64,000 bases of DNA, from the IMG/VR virus record IMGVR_UViG_3300028591_000176, positions 1 to 64,000 of that record, one strand, 5' to 3'. The notes beneath the pieces are model-generated. The model made no database searches and was not told where the DNA came from. It saw only the letters and a program-made list of their open reading frames with translations. The stretch's first letter is position 1, and each line of letters opens with the position of its first letter. The position numbers and the translations under genes are program-made. Of this stretch, positions 17,478 to 27,666 are shown one piece after another. Source of the stretch: a virus (taxonomy: Duplodnaviria > Caudoviricetes).

Positions 17478-18076
17478 AATCTCAACTCCTTTCTAAATTC
17501 CTTAACTTTGCCCATGCAATATTTTCCTATCGTAACATCACATTGGTCGCTATACTTGAAAACCGTCACATTACTCTCTTCATCAATGTCGCTTAACGTT
17601 ACCTTGCTGTCATCAAAGAGCATTATCGTAACGTTATTGTAACCTCCGCAAACGATACGCACATCAGACGAACACCCAACATAAATTTTAATGGCTTTGG
17701 TGGCTTTAATTTCCATAAGTGGTATAGTTGACCACATGATGCACAAAACATCGTCAGCGTGGCTTAAAATGCCGTTATAGCCAACATATAGCTCGCTTTT
17801 ATAACCACCCTTTACGCCATCAACATCTATGGCGGTGTATTTGCCATTGATGTAGTCGCCAAAATCATTCATCAACGATTCCATTGTCATGCCATTGCCC
17901 TCATGGGCAAACGTAAGCAAATGAGGTATCGCCTGCATCGAGAGTGCCAAATCGACAAGTTTACGCTTGTCTTTGCTAGCGGCCTGCCACAGACCCTTGT
18001 ATTCAGTACAAAGGTCTGCGAGCAGCGCGTTCTTATAATATTCCTGTATTGCTTCCATAATCCACTTAACTTGCAA
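17474..18076 (-). CDS. Hypothetical virion-module protein (200 aa)
   Basis: Overlaps the TMP stop; repetitive beta-strand C-terminus. Confidence 0.6.
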   Translation of the reverse strand: MQVKWIMEAIQEYYKNALLADLCTEYKGLWQAASKDKRKLVDLALSMQAIPHLLTFAHEGNGMTMESLMNDFGDYINGKYTAIDVDGVKGGYKSELYVGYNGILSHADDVLCIMWSTIPLMEIKATKAIKIYVGCSSDVRIVCGGYNNVTIMLFDDSKVTLSDIDEESNVTVFKYSDQCDVTIGKYCMGKVKEFRKELRL

Positions 18077-21000
18077 GTTCGACGGTAAAGGCTCGTCCCG
18101 ATGGCGTTAATACACCCTCTAGGATTCCGTGTATGGCCATCTGCGTCTGATAGCTGTATTGCAGCTGCAAGAGTATCTGGCTTATAGTCCCTAGTTGAGC
18201 ATCAAAGTTAAACCCGACAACAACGTCACGAATCTGCGTCAGGATGTCCGTATGCAGGTACATCTGCTGTGACACATTGTTCATGTACGCTTCTAATGCG
18301 CCTGCCGTGTCTTCGGTTATCCCCTGAATGCCTTGCTGCAATGCACTTAGCTGCTTGTTGGCTTCAAGCGTCTTTGGTAGTATTCCAAGACGCTCTAGGT
18401 TGCCATAGAACTCACTTAGCGCAATATTGATTTCCTCTGCCGTAACACCAGCATCTTGTGCTATCTTGCGAAGCTCGTTCGTGGTAAGGAAATGGCCTCC
18501 TTCACTGCCTTCATCGGAGAATTTTTTGATTTCAGAGTATAGTGGGTCAAGTAGAGTGCCAATAATCTCGTTTATGACACCTTTTTTGACAAGATTCTGA
18601 ATCATTTCATCCATCTTCTCATTCATAGCGTCAAGCGTGTTTTCTCCAGCGCGCCATGCCTGTACCCAAGCATCGATAAACGCCTCCGCTGCACCCTTGA
18701 TGTCCGAGCCAGTCAACATTTCAACCACACCATCTGTAAGGTCTTTTAGCTCGCGCTTTGCACTAGCCACCTCACCTTCAAGTTCTATGATTGCATCTTC
18801 GTCTTGCTTCTTTTTCTTTCTAGACTTTTCAAGTTGCAGCTGACGTTCAAGTTCTGCAAGTTGTAGCTTCTTGTTTTCAATGGCAGCTCGTCTAGCACCT
18901 ATTTCGGCAGCACCCATGCTCTTTTCGACAGCATATTCAAGTTCTTCGTAAGTATTTTGCAAGCGGTTGACCGCCCGCTTTGAACTTTCAATGTTGCGTG
19001 TGATTTTCTTGTCACTATTATCAAGCCATGTGCTTACCGCGTTCCACGTTCCCTTGATAACGTTAACCGTGCCGCCAATGAAGTCGCCAGAATATATTTG
19101 TGCCACGCCCTGTCCTGCCTGCGAAAGTCCTTCTAGTGTGTTAGCGACATCATTTATTGCCTCAACGGTATCATCACCAGCACCAAGGGCTGCAAAAATT
19201 TCACCGATGGTTTTTAAACCATCAGCAGCTTTCTTCGCCTCGTCGCCGACAAGTTCCAATGCGTGTGCCCAGTCAACCATTTTGTCCTCGTCCTTTGTGA
19301 GCGATTCTTTTATCTTCTGGAATGAAGATTGTGTCTTTAGAATTTCCTTGTTAACCTTGTCAAGCTGTGCCTCTCTGGTTCTGCGGCTTATTCGTGCAGT
19401 ACCACCTTGCGGGTCGGTAACGGTGTAACTGCCGTCGCTATTAAGGGTGGCTGTTTCAAGCATCCTCCTTAACTCCAAGGCAATCTTGCGTGTCATTGCT
19501 GCGCTATGTTCCGCTATGCCGCCAAACAATGCCTTGTACGTCGGGAGCATTTGCAGTATATCTTCTTGCAGTTTTGCAATGACCTGTTCCTGTTCCTTAA
19601 TTTCAAGTTCAAGCAACTTGCGCTTTTCTTCGTGCGTTTCTTCTGCAAGCTTCTGGCGTAGACGTTCTAGCTTTTCCGTTTCAATGGCTATCTTTTCGTC
19701 TACATCCGCAAGCTTGTATTGCAGTTCCTGTGTTTTTTTTAGCGTTTCTTTTGCATCTTTTTTACGCAGCTCCTGTATCTCTTTGTAGTTCTTTTCAATT
19801 GCATCAAACGTAGATTGGTCGAGAACACCGTCAACGACTTGATTTCTGTACGTTTCTATGTCGTCACGCGTAAGGTCTAGAGTTGGCAACCTAAAATCAA
19901 TCTTGCGCTGCTCAAAAGACTTGTTTAGTGCACTAAGAACACGCTCCGCGTACTGGTCTATGGTTTGCGGTAATGCGTTCGGGTCGATGTCAAACATATC
20001 CAAGAACATGTCGCCCATTTCTGGATTGGCATCAAGTTCTACGGCTAGTTCATATTCATCTTTCAGCTTGCCAAGTTCATTGTTCAGCCCGTCTGTGATT
20101 TTCTTGTAATCAATCTTTGTGATTTCGACATTGATGTTGGCAAGAGCCTTTTCAAGTGCCTCTACGCCCTTTGTGTTGTTCAGCGCATTAGCAACTTTTA
20201 TCTGCTCTTGGTAGAACTCACGGACTTTCTGCAATGGCAATGCCGCAAGCTCTTCGGATGACAGAGTTTGAACACCATACTTTCGTAGTGTCGCATTGTT
20301 CTTAATGATGGTGTTGCCGTACTCTTCTGTAGCTTTAGCTATAGCTGTTTGTGCATCAACACCTATCTGCTTGTATTCTTTGAAACGTTTCTGGATGTCA
20401 GTTATGAGCTGCACCTCCTTGGTAAGGGCATCACCTAGGACGTCTTTCTTTGAGCCGCCGCCTTTGCCTCCTTTTGCAAATTGCTCGTAATCAAACCCTT
20501 GATTGTCCGCAATTTCTTTTAAAACTTTATTTTGGCTAATAAGCGTATTAAGCTCGTTTTGTTTTGCATTCTTGTCAATGTCGCTTAACTTTGCACTGTT
20601 TGCAAGCTGCTTGTTTAAAGACTCGATATTTTTCGAGTTGTTTTGATATTCTTCGCCAAGACGCTTTTCCCATTCAACATTGTCTTCTTCTTCTTTTTTT
20701 ATGTAAGTACCGTACTTTCTGACATTTTCTTCTCTTTCTCTAAAATAACGGTCAGCAGTCATTAATCCAGCACCCTCTGGTTCAATGTACGTGTTTTTGT
20801 ATTTCTCTATTTGCCTGTCTATCTCTTTTTGTTCTGTTCGCTTATAGACAACGTTTATAACAATGTCTGGCGTGTTGCGCAGGTTTGCTATTTGTTCCTG
20901 AATAAGGTTGTACGACCCGATTGCTCTTTCCTGCATTAATTCCGTGGCTTTGTCCCAAAGTTTTACAAAATCCTCACTGCCAGTTTGGTTCGTCTTAACA

Positions 21001-24000
21001 AGGAAGTCCATTCGTTCTCTGTCTTTCTTGTTAAGTTGGTCAAAAAAGGTTTCCCAAGCAGAACGACTTCCTTCTACTGCAGCAATGTTGGAATTTGTTA
21101 TCACTTTGTTAGCGACACCTTGCTTTGCAACCCATTTATCTAAGGCATCGTTTAACAATGCCTGCCCTTCTGCTGTGATTTTTTGTCCCTTTTCTGTTGC
21201 AAGGAAATTGTCGCGAACAATCGACGCAAACTCCCGTATGTTCGCCAGCTGCGTAGATGGGTCGTCACCCATTATTCTTGAAATGTCGGCTTTGTCTAAA
21301 ATCCCCGTAAAACGCTCCAACTCCGAGTATGCCTCCTCTGTGTCCCTACGAAAACCAGACAACAGCTGTTTAGCACCAAGAGAATAATCTTCATTTGCCT
21401 TTGCTAGGCTACCATATTTGTTTTGAATAACGTTTAGGTGGTCTGCATAGTCTATTAGGTCTTGTGCAAGACTGTCGTCTGCATAACCGCCTCCCATATT
21501 AAACAAACCGCGTTCTGCAATCCGCTTCGCCTCTTTCTCTATTTCTTGCGTCTGCTCTAGTACTCTTTTCCCTACATTAATTCGGTTGCCTAAATCTTCT
21601 ATTTCTTCTAATATGGAAACGTATTGCTTTGCGTTTTTGTTTGTTTTTTCTATTTCCTCTTGCATCCGTTCCCACATCTTCGACTTGTCTGATGCACTAG
21701 CGTTATCTATTGTGTCTAGCTGTTTGTGGTATTCGTCAAAGAACTTATCTATGGAGTTAATGTTTTCGTCAGCTGAATCTGCAATGGACTTGTTTAGTGC
21801 CTCATTCGCTCTTAGTAAGTCTTTGTACGAAAAACTGAGATACATAATTGCAGCCGCGCCAGCCATTGCCCAATTCCACGGATTAGAAAACACTGACACT
21901 AGAGATTTTAGTACGCTCTTAGCGGTATTCCCTAAAGCACCCCACATTTTCATATTACTTGCAAGGGCTGTATTTACTTGTACAAGACCAGTACGAACCG
22001 CAACGAGTTGAGCAGCCCTTACTAAACCAAAAGCGACAACAACCCCATATAGGATGTTACCAAACTCTCTCCATCGTTCAAACAGCCATTTTAATGCGGC
22101 TAGCCCAGAGGTAATGATGCCTTGCGAGTCTTTTCCAATTTCGTTAAGCATATTATTCCACGCAAGCGTCAGGTTGGCAAGCCGAACTTTTAACGTATCT
22201 GCTGCCTTCTCTTGGAAATTAAAGAATTTTCCGCCTTCGTCAGTCATTTTGTTGACAACTTCCATTACCTCGTTGTATCCTATGGCTTTTTTCTTGATTC
22301 TGTCATAGACATCGGATACGCTGACCAAACGCCCTTCTAGCTGTGTGTAATAGTCTGATAATTCTTTGACAAGAGGAATACCAGCGTTGCTAAACATGCG
22401 CGCATCGCGTGCGTTAAGATAGCCGTAAGCTTTAATCTGACCCAGTGCGTAAGTAAGTCGTTCAATTGGTATTCCAACGGCAGCTGCCATGTCAGCCAAA
22501 CGCTTTGTCGTGTCTACAACATCTTTTGCGGCGACATCATAAGCAACAAGCTGCTTTGCAGCTGCGCCAAGCTCCATAGTCGTAAACGGCGACTTGATTG
22601 CCATAGCGTTTAACTCCGCAAAAATCCTTGTGCCGTTCTGTGCGCTGTCTATAAGAATGCCGATTGAACGTTCAAGTAATTCGTATTGCCCTCGTACCTC
22701 TATGAGCTGCTTTATAAAGCTAGTTGTTGCTCCTACTGTAAAGTAAAACGCAAGGCGATTCTTCATGTAATTCCATGAACGCGCAAGTGCTTCGTTCTGG
22801 GCTATCATGTTGTTTTGTGTCCGCATCCATTTGTCTGCCTCACGCTGTAACCTAGAAAGGGCTTCATCAACCTGCCTTATTTCGTTTGCCGCATTTTTGT
22901 TTGTAAGGTCAATGCTAAGTTTATAAGAACGCAAGCGTTGCATTTTGTATGCAATGTCGTCCAGTGTCCTTTCGTCGCCCGCTAGTGCAGCCTTTAAATT
23001 AATTGGCGTATTGAGAGTTCTTTGCATAATATGTGCAGCGCGTGTGGTCGCTTGGAATCTCTCTACAATGTGGTCGCCTTTTCCTGCATTAATTTGTGCA
23101 ACGGTTAGTCTTTCGTATTGTTCGGTAAGCTTTTTGAGGTTTTCGCGCAAACTTTTTAACGTCGATTCGTTCCCTATTTCAAATCCTTCTCTTCTTTTAA
23201 AAACAGAACTGTTGTACTCTCTGACAATCGTTATGGCTTTTTGGGCTTTCTCTATATCAGCCCTAAGTGCTTGCCCAACAGCCGACTCCCTTTCTGCTGG
23301 AGATAAGTCAAAATAAGCCCTTCGCATTTCGACCACAGCCTGCGTCAACTCTTTTATCCCCTTGATTGGTGCACTGCTCGGAACACTGGCTTGCTGATGC
23401 ATCGAGTTTATTATTTCCTTGGATGTTTGACGCGCAGCCTCGCCCGTTCTTTTTATTTCTTCTCTTCTTTGTCGTTCCCTTTCTATCGATGTTTGACTGT
23501 ATTCTTGCTCCTTTGCTGCTGCGGCTCTAGCTTGCTGTTTCTGATTTTCTATTTCACTGGTATATTGCTTTGTTGCTTGCACGGCTTCGGCTGCTGTCGC
23601 GGTTTGCTTTTGCATTTCAGACCGCCCCTGCTTGAACCTCTCGTTTAACGCTGCAAGTTCTGGGTTGGCCTTTTGAAGACTGTTAACGTAGTTTTGTATC
23701 GCATGGCCTTGCGGTGCAATAACGTCACCCATTTGCGAAATACTCGCGCGCAACGCACGAATCTGATTGATGGTGCTATGAACAATTTCTTCGTATTTGT
23801 GAACACCCGCCGTTGCCATTTGGAAATATCCTTTATCTCCAGTTGTTGATGCGTCTCTCGCCATAGCGACGTAAGCGGAATATTGAGACCTAGCATCGCG
23901 CAACTTTTGAACAAGCAAATCAAGCTGTATGTTCATGGTTTGCAGAGTGTCGGCGTTACGGATTCCATTCGGATTTGCGGTTCGTATTGCAACTTGCTGC

Positions 24001-24308
24001 GCACGCGCCATTTCATCAAGAGTCGTTTTTTGCACCTTATATGCGCGCGTCGTCTCTTTTATTGCCTCTGTTTCCTCCTTTTGTTTTGTTGTCCTACGCG
24101 TAGACCCGCCGTCAGCAGAGCCGCCCATATCGACTTTAACGCTGCCTAGTTCGTTGAGCTTGCGTTTCATGGCATCGATACTGGTATTGAAATTGTCAAC
24201 CATCTTTTTCGTGCCTTGTTCGACATGTGCCACAAGCGCATCGATGGACTTTTTCAGTTCCGCATCGTTAAGATGGCCAACTATGATTGTGGGGTTTTCC
24301 CTTGCCAT
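18066..24308 (-). CDS. Tail tape measure protein (2080 aa)
   Basis: Very long and Ala/Glu/Lys-rich helical; tape-measure-domain pattern (AIKSPFTTMELGAAAKQLVAY...LTYALGQIKA); follows the chaperone pair. Confidence 0.9.
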   Translation of the reverse strand: MARENPTIIVGHLNDAELKKSIDALVAHVEQGTKKMVDNFNTSIDAMKRKLNELGSVKVDMGGSADGGSTRRTTKQKEETEAIKETTRAYKVQKTTLDEMARAQQVAIRTANPNGIRNADTLQTMNIQLDLLVQKLRDARSQYSAYVAMARDASTTGDKGYFQMATAGVHKYEEIVHSTINQIRALRASISQMGDVIAPQGHAIQNYVNSLQKANPELAALNERFKQGRSEMQKQTATAAEAVQATKQYTSEIENQKQQARAAAAKEQEYSQTSIERERQRREEIKRTGEAARQTSKEIINSMHQQASVPSSAPIKGIKELTQAVVEMRRAYFDLSPAERESAVGQALRADIEKAQKAITIVREYNSSVFKRREGFEIGNESTLKSLRENLKKLTEQYERLTVAQINAGKGDHIVERFQATTRAAHIMQRTLNTPINLKAALAGDERTLDDIAYKMQRLRSYKLSIDLTNKNAANEIRQVDEALSRLQREADKWMRTQNNMIAQNEALARSWNYMKNRLAFYFTVGATTSFIKQLIEVRGQYELLERSIGILIDSAQNGTRIFAELNAMAIKSPFTTMELGAAAKQLVAYDVAAKDVVDTTKRLADMAAAVGIPIERLTYALGQIKAYGYLNARDARMFSNAGIPLVKELSDYYTQLEGRLVSVSDVYDRIKKKAIGYNEVMEVVNKMTDEGGKFFNFQEKAADTLKVRLANLTLAWNNMLNEIGKDSQGIITSGLAALKWLFERWREFGNILYGVVVAFGLVRAAQLVAVRTGLVQVNTALASNMKMWGALGNTAKSVLKSLVSVFSNPWNWAMAGAAAIMYLSFSYKDLLRANEALNKSIADSADENINSIDKFFDEYHKQLDTIDNASASDKSKMWERMQEEIEKTNKNAKQYVSILEEIEDLGNRINVGKRVLEQTQEIEKEAKRIAERGLFNMGGGYADDSLAQDLIDYADHLNVIQNKYGSLAKANEDYSLGAKQLLSGFRRDTEEAYSELERFTGILDKADISRIMGDDPSTQLANIREFASIVRDNFLATEKGQKITAEGQALLNDALDKWVAKQGVANKVITNSNIAAVEGSRSAWETFFDQLNKKDRERMDFLVKTNQTGSEDFVKLWDKATELMQERAIGSYNLIQEQIANLRNTPDIVINVVYKRTEQKEIDRQIEKYKNTYIEPEGAGLMTADRYFREREENVRKYGTYIKKEEEDNVEWEKRLGEEYQNNSKNIESLNKQLANSAKLSDIDKNAKQNELNTLISQNKVLKEIADNQGFDYEQFAKGGKGGGSKKDVLGDALTKEVQLITDIQKRFKEYKQIGVDAQTAIAKATEEYGNTIIKNNATLRKYGVQTLSSEELAALPLQKVREFYQEQIKVANALNNTKGVEALEKALANINVEITKIDYKKITDGLNNELGKLKDEYELAVELDANPEMGDMFLDMFDIDPNALPQTIDQYAERVLSALNKSFEQRKIDFRLPTLDLTRDDIETYRNQVVDGVLDQSTFDAIEKNYKEIQELRKKDAKETLKKTQELQYKLADVDEKIAIETEKLERLRQKLAEETHEEKRKLLELEIKEQEQVIAKLQEDILQMLPTYKALFGGIAEHSAAMTRKIALELRRMLETATLNSDGSYTVTDPQGGTARISRRTREAQLDKVNKEILKTQSSFQKIKESLTKDEDKMVDWAHALELVGDEAKKAADGLKTIGEIFAALGAGDDTVEAINDVANTLEGLSQAGQGVAQIYSGDFIGGTVNVIKGTWNAVSTWLDNSDKKITRNIESSKRAVNRLQNTYEELEYAVEKSMGAAEIGARRAAIENKKLQLAELERQLQLEKSRKKKKQDEDAIIELEGEVASAKRELKDLTDGVVEMLTGSDIKGAAEAFIDAWVQAWRAGENTLDAMNEKMDEMIQNLVKKGVINEIIGTLLDPLYSEIKKFSDEGSEGGHFLTTNELRKIAQDAGVTAEEINIALSEFYGNLERLGILPKTLEANKQLSALQQGIQGITEDTAGALEAYMNNVSQQMYLHTDILTQIRDVVVGFNFDAQLGTISQILLQLQYSYQTQMAIHGILEGVLTPSGRAFTVELAS

Positions 24309-24332
24309 AAGCGTGTTAGTATATATGTTTGT

Positions 24333-24755
24333 TTACTTTTTCTTTCTATTCCTTACGGGGATTTCGTATTCTTCGCCCTCTTTGAGTTCAGGAATCTTCA
24401 ATCCCGACATAAAGTTATCAAGTTTATCCATCGATTCGGCGGTTTTCTTGTAGTCGTTCCACGCTTTCTTGTCGCTACCTTTCAAGTATTTTGTATGCGT
24501 GTTGTCTACCGCCATGAATTGTATCTGCGCGCACGAAAGACGATATAGGTAATCATCTAACGTGTACTGCGGAAATGCTCTCAGGAAGTCGGATGCGTCT
24601 GCAATGATAGTGCTTCCATAAACTGTGATGCTGTCTCCTCCGATTTCTTCTTCCTCGTCAGAAGTGAATCCGTAAGCGTACTCACCGATTTTTTGAGTAA
24701 AAAAAAAGCGGATAGGTCTACGGATTGTATAGCACCAAGAATGATAGCTGCCCAC
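24333..24755 (-). CDS. Tail assembly chaperone, frameshift-extended C-terminal part (lambda gpT analogue)
   Basis: Lies in the -1 frame of the upstream chaperone and is entered at a T9 slippery run (24699-24707). Confidence 0.7.
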   Translation of the reverse strand: MGSYHSWCYTIRRPIRFFFTQKIGEYAYGFTSDEEEEIGGDSITVYGSTIIADASDFLRAFPQYTLDDYLYRLSCAQIQFMAVDNTHTKYLKGSDKKAWNDYKKTAESMDKLDNFMSGLKIPELKEGEEYEIPVRNRKKK

Positions 24756-25150
24756 TGGTTAGGCTCAAATGTGCTGTTCATCACCTTTGTCTTCATCTGC
24801 TTTATCAGCGCATCGTTCCTTTCATCTGCATCATCACAAGGCTTAAATAGATGGTTGCACAGGACTATTGCCATTATCTCGCACATGGCATCTAAATCGG
24901 TACACAGAGCCGTTATAACAGCATTGTCCGTGTCTAGCGTTTCATCAGCCTTACGCATATCCATCACAAGACGGCAGATGCGATACAAAGAATAGTAACG
25001 CATGTCCTTTACGCGATACTCCTTTTCGCCTAGCCTTACCAACGATGGCGCATCATTTATGATGTCTAGGATGTCTCTTTTGGTGTCTATGCTAAAATCC
25101 TGCAACTCATCCATCTTTTGTCCTTCCTCTTCTTTCTTCTTTTTTACCAT
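24581..25150 (-). CDS. Tail assembly chaperone (lambda gpG analogue)
   Basis: Between the tail tube gene and TMP; contains GCT TTT TTT TTA. Confidence 0.75.
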   Translation of the reverse strand: MVKKKKEEEGQKMDELQDFSIDTKRDILDIINDAPSLVRLGEKEYRVKDMRYYSLYRICRLVMDMRKADETLDTDNAVITALCTDLDAMCEIMAIVLCNHLFKPCDDADERNDALIKQMKTKVMNSTFEPNQWAAIILGAIQSVDLSAFFLLKKSVSTLTDSLLTRKKKSEETASQFMEALSLQTHPTS

Positions 25151-25189
25151 AATCGTGAACGTTTTTTTCTTGTTTTCGTAAAACTAAAA

Positions 25190-25228
25190 AGGAGCGTCAC
25201 AGGGGACACCCCTATAAACGCTCCCCAC
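25190..25228 (-). terminator. Probable intrinsic terminator after the major tail protein gene
   Basis: GGAGCGT...ACGCTCC stem with an inner GGGG/CCCC stem; T-run follows on the minus strand. Confidence 0.55.
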
Positions 25229-25255
25229 GTTCACGAAAACAAAAGATTTGTTGCT

Positions 25256-25768
25256 TTACGTTGTTTTGTCGCCGACAATCTTGTACATGTGGTCTACATT
25301 AGGCGTAACGGTGGTGTCGGTGTAAACCAAAGCAGTAATGGTTACGTTATAGTTCAGCGCGCCATCGGCATCCTTCTTCAAAGTGCCAATGGTAAGACCC
25401 TTGTAAAGATACAGAGTGCCAAATCCGCGACCGAACGAAAGCTCCCAAGAATGCTCGGAAGTGAAAGCACTTGGAGCACCCTCATAGGTCTCGCCAACAG
25501 AAGACGTTCCATCGGCGTGTGTTCCACCGAACAGCGGTGTAAGTTCACTAAGCTCATAGTTTGCGAGTTCAAACGTCATCGTAACAGGGTTGCCCTGATA
25601 GAAGATGTCGAACGGAGCATCGTAAAACTCGGCCTCAATCTCTGTTGATTCAGGCTCATCCTGCGCAATGGTAAGACCACGAAGCACACCCATAAGCTGC
25701 ACGGTGGCCTCAGCACCGACCTCGCCGTACTTTAGGCCAATCGGCTTCAAAGTTGTTTTCTTTGCCAT
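25256..25768 (-). CDS. Major tail (tube) protein
   Basis: 170 aa, beta-rich, with canonical position between neck genes and the chaperone. Confidence 0.75.
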   Translation of the reverse strand: MAKKTTLKPIGLKYGEVGAEATVQLMGVLRGLTIAQDEPESTEIEAEFYDAPFDIFYQGNPVTMTFELANYELSELTPLFGGTHADGTSSVGETYEGAPSAFTSEHSWELSFGRGFGTLYLYKGLTIGTLKKDADGALNYNVTITALVYTDTTVTPNVDHMYKIVGDKTT

Positions 25769-25801
25769 AGTTATGTTCCTTTCTAAATTTTAAAATTATT
25801 A

Positions 25802-26239
25802 CTAATCTTGTTCTTCGATGACAACGATAAAAGATTTGATGAAAGTGTAGTATGCATTGTTGGCGTTTGATGATTCGCCGCCGTCAGCAGAGATAACGCT
25901 ATCTGATTCGATGTAATATGTCCCGTCGCGCACTTCCATTTGCTGGTTGATGATGTCGTTAACGGCATTTTCCATCACGGCATAGATGTCGTGGTCTACG
26001 CGCCCTCTGGACATCTGTGGAACGTACGCCTCAATATAGCACCTAACACGACCGTATGCATGCCCGCGAAACTCACTCTCGTCTACGATATTGCCGACAT
26101 GGATAACAAGGAAGCCGTTTGTTGTGTCCGATTCAAGCAGCTCCTGCGGTGCGCGCATATCATATACATTCTCTGTCACCACTCCGTAAAAGAGATTGTA
26201 TAGATAGTCGTATATGTCCATTCTTGATTCGTTGTACAT
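25802..26239 (-). CDS. Tail terminator/completion protein (putative)
   Basis: Synteny and size (145 aa). Confidence 0.55.
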   Translation of the reverse strand: MYNESRMDIYDYLYNLFYGVVTENVYDMRAPQELLESDTTNGFLVIHVGNIVDESEFRGHAYGRVRCYIEAYVPQMSRGRVDHDIYAVMENAVNDIINQQMEVRDGTYYIESDSVISADGGESSNANNAYYTFIKSFIVVIEEQD

Positions 26240-26252
26240 CTTCTTATGCGTT

Positions 26253-26855
26253 TTAGAACTTTGGTACGCTTACGCGGAAACGTGTTCTTGCTGGTTTCAG
26301 GTCTTGTTTGATTTCGTCATAGAACTGCGTCATAACCATAAACCTGTAAAACCCTGCGGACTTTCCTTTGATGGTCATATTAAAACCTTCTTCCCAATAG
26401 CCCCAATATGGTGCTAGTATTGCAAAAAATACACGCCAGCCACGCGACCGTTCGTTACCTCCGTATTTCTTTACGTATCGTTCGGCTATTTCTCTGCCCA
26501 CTACTGGAATCTGTGCGCCACGCCCTTCACTCAAAGCCGAAAACTCATGCAGGAATGATTCTGCGCTGCCTCCTCCGCGTTTTGTCGGTCGTGGCTGTAC
26601 ATCACCGCTCTCGCGGTAGAATCCGTAGTCTATAAGTTTCCCCTGATAAGAAACGCCCCAGCAAAGACTATTAAGCAGATTGTGCGTGCGGTCAAAATGA
26701 TTCCCCCAATGACCCGCGCGTATGGCATCGCCGATGTATTGTATTTCCTCCTTGGCATAGGCTATCAATCGCGCATTCTGTTCATCTACAACGATTTTCA
26801 TCATTGCATCTGCCATCTTCTTTGCGTTGAGACCTATTACCTTGGACTTTATCAT
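26253..26855 (-). CDS. Neck/tail completion protein (HK97 gp10-like, putative)
   Basis: Synteny; DRTHNLLNS and APYWGYWE patterns resemble RTGxLxxS and apYa.yvE motifs of that family. Confidence 0.55.
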   Translation of the reverse strand: MIKSKVIGLNAKKMADAMMKIVVDEQNARLIAYAKEEIQYIGDAIRAGHWGNHFDRTHNLLNSLCWGVSYQGKLIDYGFYRESGDVQPRPTKRGGGSAESFLHEFSALSEGRGAQIPVVGREIAERYVKKYGGNERSRGWRVFFAILAPYWGYWEEGFNMTIKGKSAGFYRFMVMTQFYDEIKQDLKPARTRFRVSVPKF

Positions 26856-26858
26856 CTG

Positions 26859-27194
26859 CTACCAACTGCTTCTTGTCGCGTAGATGCTCACACCGCCTAG
26901 CTGTGACGGGTCTGAATTATCTACGGTTAAAGTGAATGTTTCATCATAGCGCGTGATTTCAATCTTGTCACCCTTTCTTGGAACTATCCATTTGCCGTCA
27001 GCATCCTTAACCAACGGAATGCTGATGATGTACTTGGATGTCTGCATAGTCCATCCAATTTCATCGTTTGCCATGTGTTCATCCATGACACCTTCGTATA
27101 TAAGCAGTTCTTGGTCTTTTTCCATACCCTTTCCTGCTATTACTCTGGTTATCGTTCCAGTGTAAGGATATTCAAGAATCTCGTCTCGCGTCAT
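26859..27194 (-). CDS. Head closure/stopper protein (putative)
   Basis: Synteny, 111 aa, beta-rich. Confidence 0.55.
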   Translation of the reverse strand: MTRDEILEYPYTGTITRVIAGKGMEKDQELLIYEGVMDEHMANDEIGWTMQTSKYIISIPLVKDADGKWIVPRKGDKIEITRYDETFTLTVDNSDPSQLGGVSIYATRSSW

Positions 27195-27580
27195 AGCTTT
27201 GCAACGTCCTCTATGGGGATAAACTTAATTCGCCTGTCTTGCATCAATTCCGTAAGGGTGTCACCCCTATCGTCATCATAGCGATTGTATATCCTGATTG
27301 CGTACTTAATCTTCTCGTCTTGGTAAAAGTCCTGTTCTTGGCCAATAGTCTTCTGGTATCCGTTATGCGATTGCGACAACGATGCGGTATTGGAAGGACT
27401 TAAAAGTACGGCAGTAAAGATGATGTCCGCCGTCATCAGCTCACGCTGACGCTTTGTTACAACACTCTCGTCGTAAACATCATCATCTGGATTACACTCT
27501 CTGTCAAGCGCAATCTTAATGAAATTCTGTTCCTCAAACGAATATCTCGTTGATGCTTTAAGCCATTCTAATACCGTCAT
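27191..27580 (-). CDS. Head-tail adaptor (putative)
   Basis: Immediately after the capsid gene, helical, 129 aa. Confidence 0.55.
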   Translation of the reverse strand: MTVLEWLKASTRYSFEEQNFIKIALDRECNPDDDVYDESVVTKRQRELMTADIIFTAVLLSPSNTASLSQSHNGYQKTIGQEQDFYQDEKIKYAIRIYNRYDDDRGDTLTELMQDRRIKFIPIEDVAKL

Positions 27581-27666
27581 CGCTGCTACAACTAACTAAC
27601 CAACCAAAAACTAATAAACCAAAACAAATCTTATATGAGAGATTAACTTGTAAATTGCCACAAGTT

